64,000 nucleotides of DNA from the human T2T-CHM13v2.0 reference genome, Homo sapiens. The stretch lies in the NCBI RefSeq assembly GCF_009914755.1, contig NC_060929.1. The stretch is one strand, 5' to 3'. Positions 15,016 to 28,867 of the stretch are shown piece after piece. Each line of letters starts with the position of its first letter. Position 1 is the first letter of the stretch. The notes beneath the pieces were generated by a model. That model did no database searches. It saw only the letters and a list, made by a program, of their open reading frames with translations, and was not told the DNA's origin. The translations under genes and the position numbers were made by a program.

Positions 15016-15275
15016 ATGGGTCAGGCACAAATAAGCCCACCCCACTAGGAACTATGTTGAAAAATTTCAAGAAAAAATTTAAGGGAGATTATGGTGTTAC
15101 TATGACACCAGGAAAACTTAGAACTTTGTGTGAAATAGACTGGCCAGCATTAGAGGTGGGTTGGCCATCAGAAGGAAGTCTGGGCAGGTCCCTTGTTTCA
15201 AAGGTATGACACAAGGTAACCTGTAAGCCAAGGCACCCAGACCAGTTTCTGTATATAGACTGTTACAGCTGGTTT
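15016..15275 (+). pseudogene. gag: Gag matrix remnant (HERV-E type), frameshift and stop
   Basis: MGQAQ then, frame-shifted, KPTPLGTMLKNFKKKFKGDYGVTMTPGKLRTLCEIDWPALEVGWPSEGSL...KV*. Confidence 0.8.
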
Positions 15276-15974
15276 TAGACCCCATTCCCCACCACAGTAG
15301 TTAAGAGAACAGCAGCAGAGAGAAAAAGAGACCATCTATACCAATTCCAAGTTAATTTAGACTAAACAAGGTCTTATTAATAGCAAAGGATAATTGAAAT
15401 CCCAAACTTACAAGGTTTTCAACAAAAGTGAAGTTTGCTGAAAGTTAACAGTTTAAGCAAGTTTTAAAACATTAATTGTAAAAAAAAATTCTCTTTGTAA
15501 ACATATCAGCTAAAGTTAAAAAGGTATCATCCAGTTTTTCTGTGGACTGGACATTAAAGTAAAAATGCAACAAGTTTTTCTTAAAGCATAAACCTGCTCT
15601 TTAACAAAAATTATAAAAGGTTAAAAAGAGTCTATAAAATCTTACCTTAGGGTCAAACATAAAAAATTGGATACATACGTCTACAAGGTTTTATTATAAT
15701 TAAATTTAACATTAATAACACACTAATATAAAGGTAAAATTTAACTTATCTGGTATAAAAATCATACAAAAAGCATTTTTAAATATAAAATGGTGTTTAG
15801 CTTTATTTGGTCTAAAAACTAATAAAAATAGGTGCTAAAAGAAACATTCATTTTACTAGAGGATCATAGAAGTTGAAGACTTAAAAGAAACTTCGGCAAT
15901 TAAGACAGCATACCAAGATGCAAATGCCTGGTTGAAATCGATCAAATATTCCATCTAAACATTAAATAAAAGCA

Positions 15975-16295
15975 ATTGTTATGCTTGTGCACATGGCAGG
16001 CCAGAGGCCCTGATTGTCCCCCTTCCACTAAGGTGGTCCTCCTGTCGACCAGGGGTGGGATGCATGGTAGCTCTTTTCCAGGATTCTACAGCCTGGACTA
16101 ATAAGTCATGCCAAGCTCTCTCTGCTATATCCCGAAGTCCCTGCGGGTCAGCCCCCGAGGGCCATCCAGTTTCCGTATCCCAACACTAAGTTCACTTTGT
16201 GTCTCTCATGGCAGGGAGGAGACTTAGCATTCCTTGGAGACCTGAAGGGAGGCAGTAAGTTTACGCATTTTCAAGAGCTTATCAATCAGTCAGCT
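15975..16295 (+). pseudogene. env: Env SU remnant (HERV-I-like segment of Harlequin)
   Basis: NCYACAHGRPEA..VP and GCMVALFQDSTAW..KSCQALS motifs. Confidence 0.65.
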
Positions 16296-19200
16296 CTTGT
16301 TTCTTTTAATGGTTTGACATCAGAGGTGGGATCTAAAGTAGACCTCCAGTGACTTCCAGGAGCACTGAGTGACCAAACAAATATACCCACCAGGTCCCAT
16401 TGGGGAGATTTAGCTCTCTCAGCAACTGGGGTCATAGGTGAGTGCTTGCTTGGATTCAAGCTCCCCACAAATTTGTGCTTTGAGCAATCAAATTTATTTG
16501 TGCAATGATTTAATGAACTGCTTCCAGGATCAAATTGGATTGGATAATTAGCTGGACTGGATTTAGAGGCCTCAGGTAGGTAACTTTTGAAAATGGATTG
16601 TTCCAAATCTGAAAAGTATGGGACTCTAGAAAGGTGGGACTTGACTTTCTGGAATACCAACTAATTTTATATACAAAATATATGGGCTTCAGTACCTGTG
16701 TACTTTGGGAAAAATGGTTAATCTTACTAAAGACAACTCATTAGAATTACAGTGACCACAGTAGGGAAATTTTAACCTAGATTAAAATTATTCACTTGTG
16801 AGATGCATTTGAAAATTAAGCATCAAAAATGCCACAAAAGTAATGGGATGTAGTTTTTAATTGGTATAGCATAGGCATCAAAGATTTAATGAATCAAAGA
16901 TTGACTCTTCAAAATGATCCTTTCAGAAGGCAAATGAAATATTAGTCAAAAGTGTTAGCCATCTGGGCATAAAATCTTGTTCCATTGATCAGAAAAACAA
17001 TTTGGATCCAGATATTCTTTAATAAGTTGGTGAATTTACATTACAGTACCTGGAACATGGCTAAATTTTTAAAGTGAGAGCTATAAGATTTGTTTCTGTT
17101 TATATGTTTATGCATGTCTGTATGTTTAATATATATGTATAGTACTTTTTTCTATCCCCTGATGATATTGCCAAATTAATTTATAAAGGAGCTCTATTTA
17201 ATTGGTTTTAAGAAAAATATATGCTTATATAAATCAAGTATTCTCTCAGCAAAATAAGAACTCAAATGCTTTTCAAATTCATGTGAATTGAATTATCTTT
17301 GATAAATATTGCTGGTATAATTAAAACAGGCTAGTCTTAGAGTTGTCAGTATTAAATATAATCCAAACACACACCTTTTATCTCTATTAGATGTTTAAGA
17401 CCATAAAATTGTAAGTTTGTCTATTACTTCATGTATATCAAGCACAGCATAAAATTTAAAAAAAAGTATTTAAATTTTTGATCTTGCTTTCATGATGACA
17501 GCCTAACATACACATGCAGTAAAAATAGTTAACAAGGAAATAATCTGATGCTAGCTAACTTTGTTTTGTATCAGTGTGCCTACTTAAAAATAGCTTCCCA
17601 AATAAATTTGGAAACTTAAACCTTTAGAGTTTTGCTAAATTAAGTTAAAATATGGATATTCGTTGAATACCTGGGTCATTTCCAAAAAAAGGAAAATACT
17701 GAAACATTAATTGCTAAATATAAGTTTAAGTTTATATAGTTTTGGCATCTTATTTTCAATATGGCATAGAGAAGCTAAATATATCTGGGTCTATTAATAA
17801 ATATTAAAAATTAAACTTTGAGGTAGCCATATATTTCTGGAAATCATGACATGGTGTTTATCTACAGTATGCTGATTCACAATTGCTAAGATTCAGATTC
17901 TAATTAATATATTGTAATTAAAACTAGAATAATAAGAGAGACAACTCCTTATGAGGGGAAAGTATAACATGTTTTTGGTAGGTAATGCTTACATAAAATA
18001 TGTGTTTTTGTTACAGGAAAAAGACAGTAATTTTTGTCCTATAATAGTATGACTGAGTGATTCAAAGTAAGAGGAAAAAAAGTGTAGAATAAATAACTGA
18101 AGGGATAAAAGAAGGTTTAAAGTTTTATGGAAGGTAAATCTTGTGAAAGGAATTGATGTGATCAAGCTGGCTAAGATTAGAAAGAAATTATTTGTAAATT
18201 TTCCCTAGACACGGAGCATTAATATTAAAAGCACACTGATGCAAAACTAGAATTTTTTTCTCTGTTAAAACAACAAGTTTTTTTAAGAGTATTGGTCTGC
18301 TCTTAATAGGAAACTGTGGAAGGTTTTCTTTAGCTTTTGGGTAATTAGCCGAGGAAAAAAAGATTCTTTGTTTTACGAAAATAATTTCCTTTGCTTTCAG
18401 TTGTCTTTATTATATTTTTGATTTCTTAAGAAAACTGCGTTCTTTCTATTGATGAGGTAAGGTTTCTTATGCAACTATATAACTTTCTGTATTGGCTTTT
18501 GAAGTCTACTGGTTAGGTGAATGACTATTATTTCACAGTGACCTGTTACCCTATTTTGATCAAGTGTTTTAAAGTTTTTATGTTTTGACAAACTTTTCAA
18601 TATAAAACTCTAAATTAAGTCTTTTTCTTTGGTCTAGAATTAACTTTGATATATTTCAGGTGCATCCTTAGAACACTCAAAATGATATCTCTTCTAATAA
18701 AAATACAAATATAACCCAATTGGGTTTTTTTGATACATTAAATTCTATAGGGAATGTCATCAAATAATAAGTAATACTAAACTTTCTCTGAGTTATATTT
18801 GCATAGTTGTATTAAAATATGTGTTCCAGATATTATATGAAATTCATATATATCTTACAGTCCTGGTATAATGTTATCAGTCATAATTCTAATTATCTTA
18901 AAATATTGTATGCAACAGAAATACACAAATTTCCTTGTCAATTACATCATTATTGTATCATTATTGTAATGAACTCTCATCAGATCTTTTTATCATGACC
19001 ATTTAAAGTCTTGTCATTCAGAGATAAATAATTGTTTACTCTGGTACTTTACTGAAAGCTATTGTAGGTAAGCTCTGTAAGCCTAAAGTGTTTCATCACT
19101 GAGGATATTCATAGAAAGGACTCTAACAAGCACACATTTCTGATATCTTTAAGATCATACCATTGGACTGGATAAGAATTCCCAGAGATCTAATGAAGAA

Positions 19201-19669
19201 ACCGATTTGTTCCATAAAACTACTAACCCAAAATCAATAAGAATTAATTGAATACTAAGGAAATGCCAGATTTTTCATGCTAACTCAGCCAGTACCAAAA
19301 TTGTTAAGATATGAAATTTGAATGAACTGTATAAGATTAACCCAAGACAAATAACCTATGATAATGTATTTAATAAGAAGTACTATGTGCCTAAATTGGA
19401 GAAGCAAAGCTGGTGTTTAAAAGGATATAAATGCAATGGTAAGCATTGACCCATGGAGAGCCTAGACAGCCACTCAGTCCTTCTTGTGTCCTTAAAGCTC
19501 CTATTATTAAAAGTTCTGCACTGTACGACTCATAATGGAAGAGGTAAAAATTACAGAATTTATGAAAAAATATTGACGGATGGCTGTTCTAAAATTGCTA
19601 AGATCATTTATAGTCAATATTTCATTCATCAAACTAATAATTTCCGTAAGACAATAAAAATCTCAGATG

Positions 19670-20330
19670 GCACATTTCCAGCACCTACTGGATCATTTGA
19701 ACTTTTACAGATGGGTTTTATTTAACTGCCACCTTCAATGCATGCTATTTAGTTGTATAAGCATCCTCATGCAGAAAGGGTGATGCTGCAATAGTAGTTA
19801 ACAGGTTATTGGAAAATGCGTTTTGTTTATGGGGAGTTGCTGGAGGAATCTCTGGCAATGGAGGTACTCATTTCACTGGACAGGTTGTAAAACAGTTAGA
19901 TAAGGTATTACAAACCCAATAGTATTAGGCAAAGCTTACTGAATCAATTGGATTGCTCCAAAGGTATTACTGATTTATGGCAATCAGATCCACTTCCACT
20001 GGAAAACATAGATTTCCTTATAAAAGAATTGTGGTTAGGCATATGCCCCTAATAATAGAAACTCATGTATTTCATACTCACATAAGCTCTAACATGATTC
20101 AATATTTCAGGTTTTAATGCATTATGCCAAAGTATATTTTCACCAGGTATAAGAAGATCTTCATGACTCACCAATTTACAACCAGACCTTTCATGATCCA
20201 GAACCCAGACAATGAGTTTTTGAAAGCAACTCAAATGCAAAGTCAAGAGACTGCCCTTGAACAACTTTGGAAGGCACTATACCAAGTTCTTCTTACCACC
20301 CATACAGCAATAAAACTTCACGGCTTGGAT
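19670..20330 (+). pseudogene. pol: Integrase remnant
   Basis: PTGSFELLQMGFI*LP; LWGVAGGISGNGGTHFTGQVVKQL (degenerate SDxGTHF core); LEQLWKALYQVLLTTHTAIKL (WxGPY C-terminal motif). Confidence 0.75.
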
Positions 20331-20519
20331 CCACTCCTTTCAGCCCAGGAGGGCCCCTCCAGACTCTTGGGACTGTATACTCACCAGAGGTCTCAAGGTA
20401 AAATTGCCCAGAAAAGTTTCTCCTCAGAAGGGGATGTCATCCTAGACATGGACAGCTTTCTGAAGATTATGGATTAAGATTTTTCCCCTCTTATGAAATC
20501 TTTGTCCCTTTTCCTCTCT

Positions 20520-21700
20520 TTCCTGTGTTTCTTTTCTGTTTATACATGAGAAAATAATGTAATAATTAAGATTTTATGATTAGTAGGTTCCGGGGGAACT
20601 TAATTAAATATTGGATATGTCACATTAGACCTAAATCCTTACATGATCTTAGAGACTTTCTGGCTCACTCTTTAACAAATTTAATTGATCTTTCAAGTGC
20701 AATATCTGGTTCTTTCTATAAAGTTAAGCTTTTACATGCACACATTTGGATTCCTTGTTTAAAACTAGCAGTAGGCAAAACATATAGTGAGGATTTTACA
20801 GCTAAATTTTGCCAGAAATTTAGTAAGAAAACCAAAAGAAAGATAATTTGTTTGTGAACAGATGTATAACCCAAATCCCTTGATTGCGCATAGCCTGAAA
20901 CCATGCAATGATTCAATAATGGAGCCTTAGATAAATATTACTAGCGCTTCCCTACTGATAACCCTGAATGCACAAGGCATCCCACAGGGAATAGTCTGTT
21001 GTGCCCCTTCAAGATATATTTTTATCTGTGAAGGATTTAATGATCAACCATACGTGTGGGCAACTCTGTCTTAATAAATGGAAAACAAGGCTCAGTGTAG
21101 ATTAGGGATTCTAAAAGTACCTTTGTCACACCAAAACAACTTGGAAAAGGAACACTTCTTAATTTGCACTATGGAATAAAGATGTTTTGCCAACAGGCAT
21201 AAATTCCTGTAAATGGGTATCTTTTGTTAGAATGCTTTTTCTATGGCTTGGCACAAACTTTAGCTATAGCACTGACTCTACTGAAAATGCTACAGTTGCC
21301 CAGCAGACGTCTTAAACTTCTCCGGATAGAGTTGTTTCAGGTAATAAGATTCCTTTGGACTATCTGTTGGCTTAGCAGTGGGTATTGTGTGTGATAGCTA
21401 ATTCTTATTGTTGTATTTGGAAAAATTTGTCTGATATAATAGAAACTCAGTTGCAAGAAATCAACAAACTACTTGGTTAAAACAAGTAGATTCCTCTTCT
21501 GGATCATTTTTTATGTATTTGATTTTGATAGGTTCAATTTCTGTAGGCTCCTATTAAGAAGTATACTTTAGTATCTTCATATTATCCTTTTGATAGCCCT
21601 CATAATAGTCTCCCTGTTACACTGCTTTCTCTCAAGAGTCTTAAATGCTCTAATGCAGCCATCTGTTATACATCAAATTGTCTTACTACAGTTAGAATAA
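20520..21700 (+). pseudogene. env: Env remnant with immunosuppressive domain and CX6CC
   Basis: 21331-21420 translates VVSGNKIPLDYLLA*QWVLCVIANSYCCIW (gamma-type ISD plus CX6CC); outer limits approximate. Confidence 0.72.
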
Positions 21701-21865
21701 TGAAAACATAAAGGGATTATAAAAATCATCCAACTGACCTAATGTTATGAATTGTTAATTTAATGCTGAGACCAAACATGTCCGATACAATAACAGAGAG
21801 TGTCATCAATGCACAAATATTTGGTCACTCTCTTAAAGTTGAGAGGTGGAACAAAACAGAGAAAT

Positions 21866-22246
21866 TGTTAAATCATACTAAATTTGGCCTGAGGTTGCCT
21901 CCATACTTTGATTTGAATTCCTTTGTAGTGAATTGCAACCTAATTTAGTATGTAAACGAACTACAACCTAACCAGGTGTATATTTTTGTACAAGTAGCTG
22001 TGTCTCAGCCAATCGTAGCAGCCAACCTTCAGCCAACCACAGGCTGACAACTGATTGCATCATGCCCAAATAAGCCAAATGCCCAGCTGGAGCCAATCAA
22101 GATGTTTCTGTACTTCCTGTCTATAAATACTGCCTGTCCACATTGCTGGGTGGAGCTTGCTGGAAGTCTGATTATTCTTTGCTCAAATGAACTCTGCTAA
22201 ATTTAATTTGCCTCAGGTGTTTTTTATTTTTTATTTCTTTATAGCA
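21866..22246 (+). mobile_element. 3' LTR, MER57 family (MER57E-like)
   Basis: tgttaaatcatactaaatttggcctgagg start, several CCAAT boxes, tataaa, ttctttgctcaaatgaactctgctaaatttaatttg end. Confidence 0.78.
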
Positions 22247-24588
22247 AAAGGCAGAAAAATTCGAAGACAGAAATAGGAAGAACAAGGGCAACAAGAAGAA
22301 AAGAGTAACTAATATAATGGATATTAATCCAACTACATCAATAATTTTAAACAACAGTGGACTAAATGCACCAATTAAAAGACAGAAATTGTCAAAGTGG
22401 AACAAAATCCACAAATCAGTAACTGTAGGTTGTTTATAAGAAACCCACTTTAAATGTAAATGCACATAGAGATTAAAAGTAAAGGAATGGAGAAATGTAT
22501 ACCATGGCAAAGCTAATAAAAAGAGAACAAGAGGAGCAATATTAGTTATTAGAGATAAAGAGGAGCCTTACATACTCATAAAGAAGTCAATTCTACATAA
22601 GACATAAAAATCCTCAATGTAAATTCACCTAACAACAGAGCATCAAAATATATGAAGCAAAAACTGATAGAACTGCAGGAATAAATAAATTAACCCACTA
22701 TTATAGTTGGAGACTTCAATGCCTCTCTCTCAGAAATGGACAGATCCAAGAAATGATGAAGGGCATAGTTGAACTCATCATCATCATCATCATCAATTAA
22801 CTGTATATAATGGGCATCTATTGTCTACTCAATCCAATAACAGCAGAATACGTGTTAGTCTCAAGCCCACATGGAACATTCACCAAGATAGACCACATTC
22901 CAGGCCATAAAATACATTTAACAAATTTAATAGAATAGAAATTATACAGTCTCTGCTCTCAGACAACAATGAAATTAAACTAGAAATCAATAATAAAAAG
23001 ATATCTTAAAATGCCAAAATATTGGCGAATAAACAACACTCTTATAAATAACATATAGATCAAGGAATAAATCTCCAGAGAAATTTAAACATCTTTTGAG
23101 CAAATTAAACATGAAAACACAACTTATCAAAATTTTTGGGATGTGGGGAAAGTAGTACCTAGAAGGAAATTTATAGCATGGAATACATATATTAGAAAAG
23201 AAGAAAGATCTAAAATCAATCTTCTAAACTTCCACCTTAGGAAAATATACAGGGAAGAACAAATTAAATCCAAAGTAATCAGAAGAAAGGAAATAAGGAG
23301 AATAAGAAATCAATGAAATAGAAAATAGACAATTAATAGAGAAAATCAATAAAACCAAAGGTGGTTCTTCAAAAAAATTAATAAAATTGATAAGCCTCTT
23401 GCTAGGCTAACTAATTTTAAAAGGGAAGGCACAAATTTCTAATATCAGAAGTGAGAGAAGAAATATCATTATACACCTCATGTACATTAAAATGGTTATA
23501 ATACTATGTACAACTTATGCCCACAAATTTGATAATCTACATGAAATGAACGAATTTTTTTGAAAGACATAATATGCTACAACTCATAAGACCATCTGAA
23601 TAGGCCTATATTTATGAAATAAATTTAATCAATAATTAATAACCTTCCTAAAGAGAAAGCACCAGGCCCAGATAAGTTCACTGGTGAACTGTGCCAAACA
23701 TTTAAGGAAGAAATCATACCAATTTGCTATAATGTCTTTCAGAATATAGAAGACAAAAGAATGCTTCCTGCCTCATTCTACTAAGCTAACATTACCTTAA
23801 TACCAAAACTATACAAAGAAATTAAAAGAAAGGAGAACTACAGACTGATATCTTTCATAAACACAGGTGCAAAAATCCTCAAAAAATTAGCAAATCCATG
23901 CCAACAATTTATAATAATTATATGCCACAGCCAAGTGGAATTTATCCCAGGTATGCAAAGCTAGCTCAACATTAAAAAATAAATTAATGTAATTCATTAC
24001 ATCAACAGGCTAAAGAGGAAAAATCACATGATCATATTTAATTGATGCAGAAATTACATTTGGAAAAAAAATCCAACACCTAATCATAACAAAAACTCTC
24101 AGCTAGCTAAGAATAGAGAGGAACTTCCTTAACCTGACCAAAAAGTATCTACAAAAAGCCTACAGCTAATATTATACTTAAGGGTGAGAAACTAGAAACT
24201 TTCCCACTAAGGTCAAGAACAAGACAAGGCTGTTGCCTCTTAGCAGCCCTTTTAAATTAGCTAATGGTAGTAAAACCACAGGCTGCCAACTGATTGGTAC
24301 TAGGATGCCTAGTACTAGGATGCCTAGTACTAGGCATCCTAGCTAATGAGATAAAATAAGAAAAGAACATAAAAGGTATACGAATTGGGAAAGAGGAAGT
24401 AAAATTATCTTTGTTCACAGAGGAAGTGATAATCTATGTAGAAAATCCAAAAGAATAAATTTTTTAAAAATCCTGGAACTAATAATCATAGCAAGATAGC
24501 AAAATATATGATTAATATACAAAGTTTAGTCACCTTCCTATATACGAGCAATGAACAAACAGAATTTCAAATTAAAAATATTAATACT

Positions 24589-24986
<398 letters not shown>

Positions 24987-25154
24987 CTTTGTTTTTTTTT
25001 GAAATCAGGCAGTTTCAGTCCTCCAACTTTGTTCTTCTCTTTTAATATTGGATTGGCTATTTGGGGTCTTTTGCCTCTCCATGTAAACTTTAGAATCAGC
25101 TTGTCTGTATCTAAAAAATATTTTCGAGGGATCTTGATTGGAATTTTATTTTTT

Positions 25155-25200
25155 TATATATATTTATATATATATATTTATATTTATATATATATATACA
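25155..25200. repeat. (TA)n microsatellite
   Basis: Direct reading. Confidence 0.9.
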
Positions 25201-26874
25201 CAGGCATCCCTCAAAACTGAAATACTTAGATATAAATCTAACAAAATATGTAAAAGATTTATGTAAGGAAAACTACAAAACTCTGATGAAATAAATCAAA
25301 GGAGAATTAAATGCATTGAGATACATTCTATGTTCATGAATAGGAAGTCAATATTTTCAAGATGCCACTTTTTCCTGACTTGATCTATAGATCCAATAAA
25401 ATTCCAATCAAAATCCCTCAAAAATATTTTTTAGACATGGACAAGCTGATTCTAAAGTTTACATGGAGAGGCAAAAGACCCCAAATAGCCAATCCAGAAT
25501 TAAAAGAGAAGAACAAAGTTGGAGAACTGAAACTACCTGATTTCAATACATACTCTAAAGCTACCCTAATCAAGGCAGTGTGGTATTAGTAAAATAACAG
25601 ACAAATAGATCAATGAAAAATACAGAGTCTAGAAATACACTCACGTAAATATAATCAACCGATAATTGACCAAGGAACAAAGGCGATGCAATGAAGCAAA
25701 GACAGCCTTTTCAACAAATGGTTGGACATCCACATGCAAAAAAAAAAAAAAAAAGAGGAAATCTAGACATAGACCTTACTTCCTTCACATAAATTCACTG
25801 AAAGTGGATCAGAAACCAAAATGTACAACACAAAACTATAAAACTCATAGAAAATAATGGGAGGATTTGTAAATGATCTTGGGTTTGGTGGTGACATTTT
25901 ACATACAACATCAAAAGCATGATCCATGAAAGAACTGCTAAGTTAGATGCCATTAATATTAAAATTTCTTACTCTATGAAAGATACTGTCAAGAAAATAA
26001 AAAGACAAATCACTAACTGAGAGAAAATATCTTTAAAAGACACATCTGATAAAGAACTGTTTTTCAAAATATACAAAAAAACTGTTAAAACTCAACAAGA
26101 AGCAACCCAATTTTTAAAATTGGCCAAAGACCTTAATAGACACTTCATCGAAAAAGATATGCAGATGGTTAAGGAGCACATGAAAAGATGCTCCACATTA
26201 TCATCCATGTCATCAGAGAAATGTGAACAAAAACAATAATGAAATATCACTACATACCTATTAGCAAATGAGATTCTACTACACACCCATGGCCAAAATC
26301 CAGAACACTGAAACCACCAAACGCTGAAGAGAACGCCGACTTTCATATGTTGCTGGTGGGAATGCAACACTGTACAACCACTTTGGAAGACAGTTTGTCA
26401 GCTTCTTAACAAACTAAACATACTTACCATACAACCCAACAATTGTGTTCTTTAGTATTGATCCAAAGCAGCTGATAACTTGTGTCCACACAAAAACTTG
26501 CATACAAATGTTTATAGTAGCTTTATTTATAATTGACCAAACTTGGAAATAACCAAAATATACTTCAGTAGGCAAGTGGATAAACTGTGGTACATCCAGG
26601 TAATTCAATATTATTCAGAGCTAAAAATAAATGAGCTATGAAGCCATGAAAAGACATGGAGGAAACAAATGCATATTACTAAGTGAGAGAAGCCAATCGG
26701 GAAAGGCTACATATTGTATTATTCCAAATATATGACGTTCTGGAGAAGGCAAAACCATAAAGACAGTAAAAATATCAGTGATTTCCCGAGGTCTGGGGCA
26801 GGAAGAGGGCAGGAAGGATGAATGGGCAGAACTCAGAGGATTTTTAGGGCAGTGAAATTGCTCTGTATGATACC

Positions 26875-27264
26875 TGTATTAGTCTGTTCTCACAATGTTA
26901 TAATGAACTACCTGAGACTGCATAATTTATAAGGAAAAGAGCTTTAATTGGCTCACAATTCTACAGGCGGTACAGGAGGCATGGCTGGGGAGGCCTCAAG
27001 AAACTTACAATCATGATGGAAGATGAAGGGGAAGCCATCAAGTCTTACATGGTGGGTGCAGGAGGAAGAGAGAAAGAGAGAGAAGGGGGAAGTGCTATGC
27101 ACTTTCAAACAACCAGATTTCGTGAGACTCTATTCTATCATGAGAACAGCAAGGGGGAAGTCCACTCCCATGACTCAGTCACCTCCCACGAGGACCCTCC
27201 TCCAACACTAGAGATAGCAATTTGACATGGGATTTGGGTGGAGACACAGAGCCAAACTATATCA
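26875..27264 (-). mobile_element. MST (MSTA-like) MaLR solo LTR
   Basis: tgtattagtctgttctcac...gagacacagagccaaactatatca; 5-bp TSD atacc (26870 / 27265). Confidence 0.9.
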
Positions 27265-28613
27265 ATACCATAACAGTGGGTACATGTCATTAAAATTTGT
27301 CCAAACCCATAGAATGTACAATACCATGAGTGAACCTTAATGTAAACTATGGACTCTGGTTGATAATGATGCATTAGTATAGGTTCAATCATAACAAATA
27401 CACCACTCTGTGGGGGGTGTTGATGATGTGGGAGGCTGTGTCTGTATGTGGGTAGTGGGGCTGGGAAATCTCTGTACCTTCTGCTCAACATTGCAGTGAA
27501 CCTTGAACTGGTCCAAATAAAGTCCAGTAAAAAATAAGAAAAATCAAAAGAACTTTCTCATCTCAGTGTAATGGAGCAATGAAGGGACTTTTTATCCTTA
27601 ATGATATCCCAAGTCTCTTTATTGTCAATAGTTCCTTTTGTTGCTATCAATCATCACAGACAAAGGGGAAGTTTGATTCTTGGCTATATTTCCAAATCTT
27701 CTTATTTCCATTTCTATTCTCTCCTATTTTCTTCCTGAGGCAGGTACATTTGACTCCAGCTACTTTACTGGAGTATAAGCAAATAAAAATGCCATCAGAT
27801 TTGGGTAAGCAAATTACAGACACATTGCATTTGTTGGCAATTATTTATCTGCCTAATCCACTGCTATTTCCTTAGAACCTGTGGTACCATTGAGAGTGGT
27901 TAACCCTGTTCAAGTAATATTGAATGATCAATGAATCTGAGATAATGTAGTTTATATATTTCTCAATATGTAGCTTCTTTCAAGTCCTGTGAATTTCTGA
28001 TTTTAGTTCTCTCTTTGGCAAAAAGAAGTAAACATGCATTTTGGATTTAAATATTGAAATTTAATGTAGTAGCTATGTGATCCTGGATGAATTGCCTAAC
28101 TTCCCCTAAGTCACAGTTTCCTCACTGTAGAGACCACAATAATTGTCCAGAAGTTGGAAGAGTAGAAGAGTATCATTTGCTTAAATGCCATGGCAACCAT
28201 GGATAAAAACAACAATCATGTTTCCTTTACAGATATTCCTCAGTATTTCCTCTTTTTTTTTTTTTTCTTCTCTGGTCCATGAGACGGAGGAAGAGAAATC
28301 TTTATCCTCATTCTCTTGAGCTACTAAGACAAGATCTTGCCAATTTCTAACTCTCTTGAGCTGATAGGCCTACTGTACTCTTCAGGTTTCTTCAAATGTC
28401 ACAACTTTCCATCTATTTTCCAGTGGCTCCCTTCCTGTCCTGGTATAGGTTACCATTGAGGACACTCTTATTTTTAAACTTAGACACTCAGAAGATTTAT
28501 TTCAGTATAGAATTAATAGGAACCAGAAGGTTGTTATGGTTTCTAGTAAAAGTAAACTAATAATTAATTCCAGTGGCTCCTTTTGTGCACTGCCTTCTGT
28601 CTTCTGACTCAAC

Positions 28614-28616
<3 letters not shown>

Positions 28617-28669
<53 letters not shown>

Positions 28670-28688
28670 TATTTTTTTTTTTTTTTTT
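28617..28688. repeat. (TA)n followed by poly-T
   Basis: Direct reading. Confidence 0.92.
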
Positions 28689-28867
28689 GCCTCCTCAGAA
28701 GAAAGAATTCGACTCAGGAGCATAAGACAGAGGAACGACCAAGGCAAGTTCAGAGCAGGAGTGGAAGTTTATTAAAAAGCTTTAGAGCAGTAAGGACAAA
28801 AAGGAAAGGAAAGAGAAGGAAGGACTTGGAAGAGGGCCAAGTGGGCGACTTGAGAAACCAACTGAAC
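28689..28867 (-). mobile_element. MER4-group ERV1 LTR fragment (MER50/MER83-like)
   Basis: gcctcctcagaagaaagaattcgact...gtttattaaaaag...cttggaagagggccaagtgggcgacttgaga. Confidence 0.7.

Larger units (their letters stand above)
14360..16298 (+). mobile_element. Harlequin-type mosaic ERV internal region, 3'-truncated (no 3' LTR)
   Basis: HERV-E leader with ~113-bp tandem duplication (~14628-14850), gag MA remnant, AT-rich MER4-group segment, HERV-I-like env remnant. Confidence 0.8.
16300..21865 (+). mobile_element. ERV1 MER4-group (MER57-type) internal region; 5' LTR essentially absent
   Basis: LTR-end-like ttcttttaat, PBS-Leu-like tgacatcagaggtgggat (16315-16332; 14/18 to TGGTGTCAGAAGTGGGAT), long AT-rich interior, IN and env remnants, purine tract before 3' LTR. 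Confidence 0.75.

Noticed and set aside
24297-24342. Short palindromic direct repeats as a CRISPR-like array
   Set aside because: No spacers, only 2-3 units, eukaryotic L1 context; explained as a repair scar.
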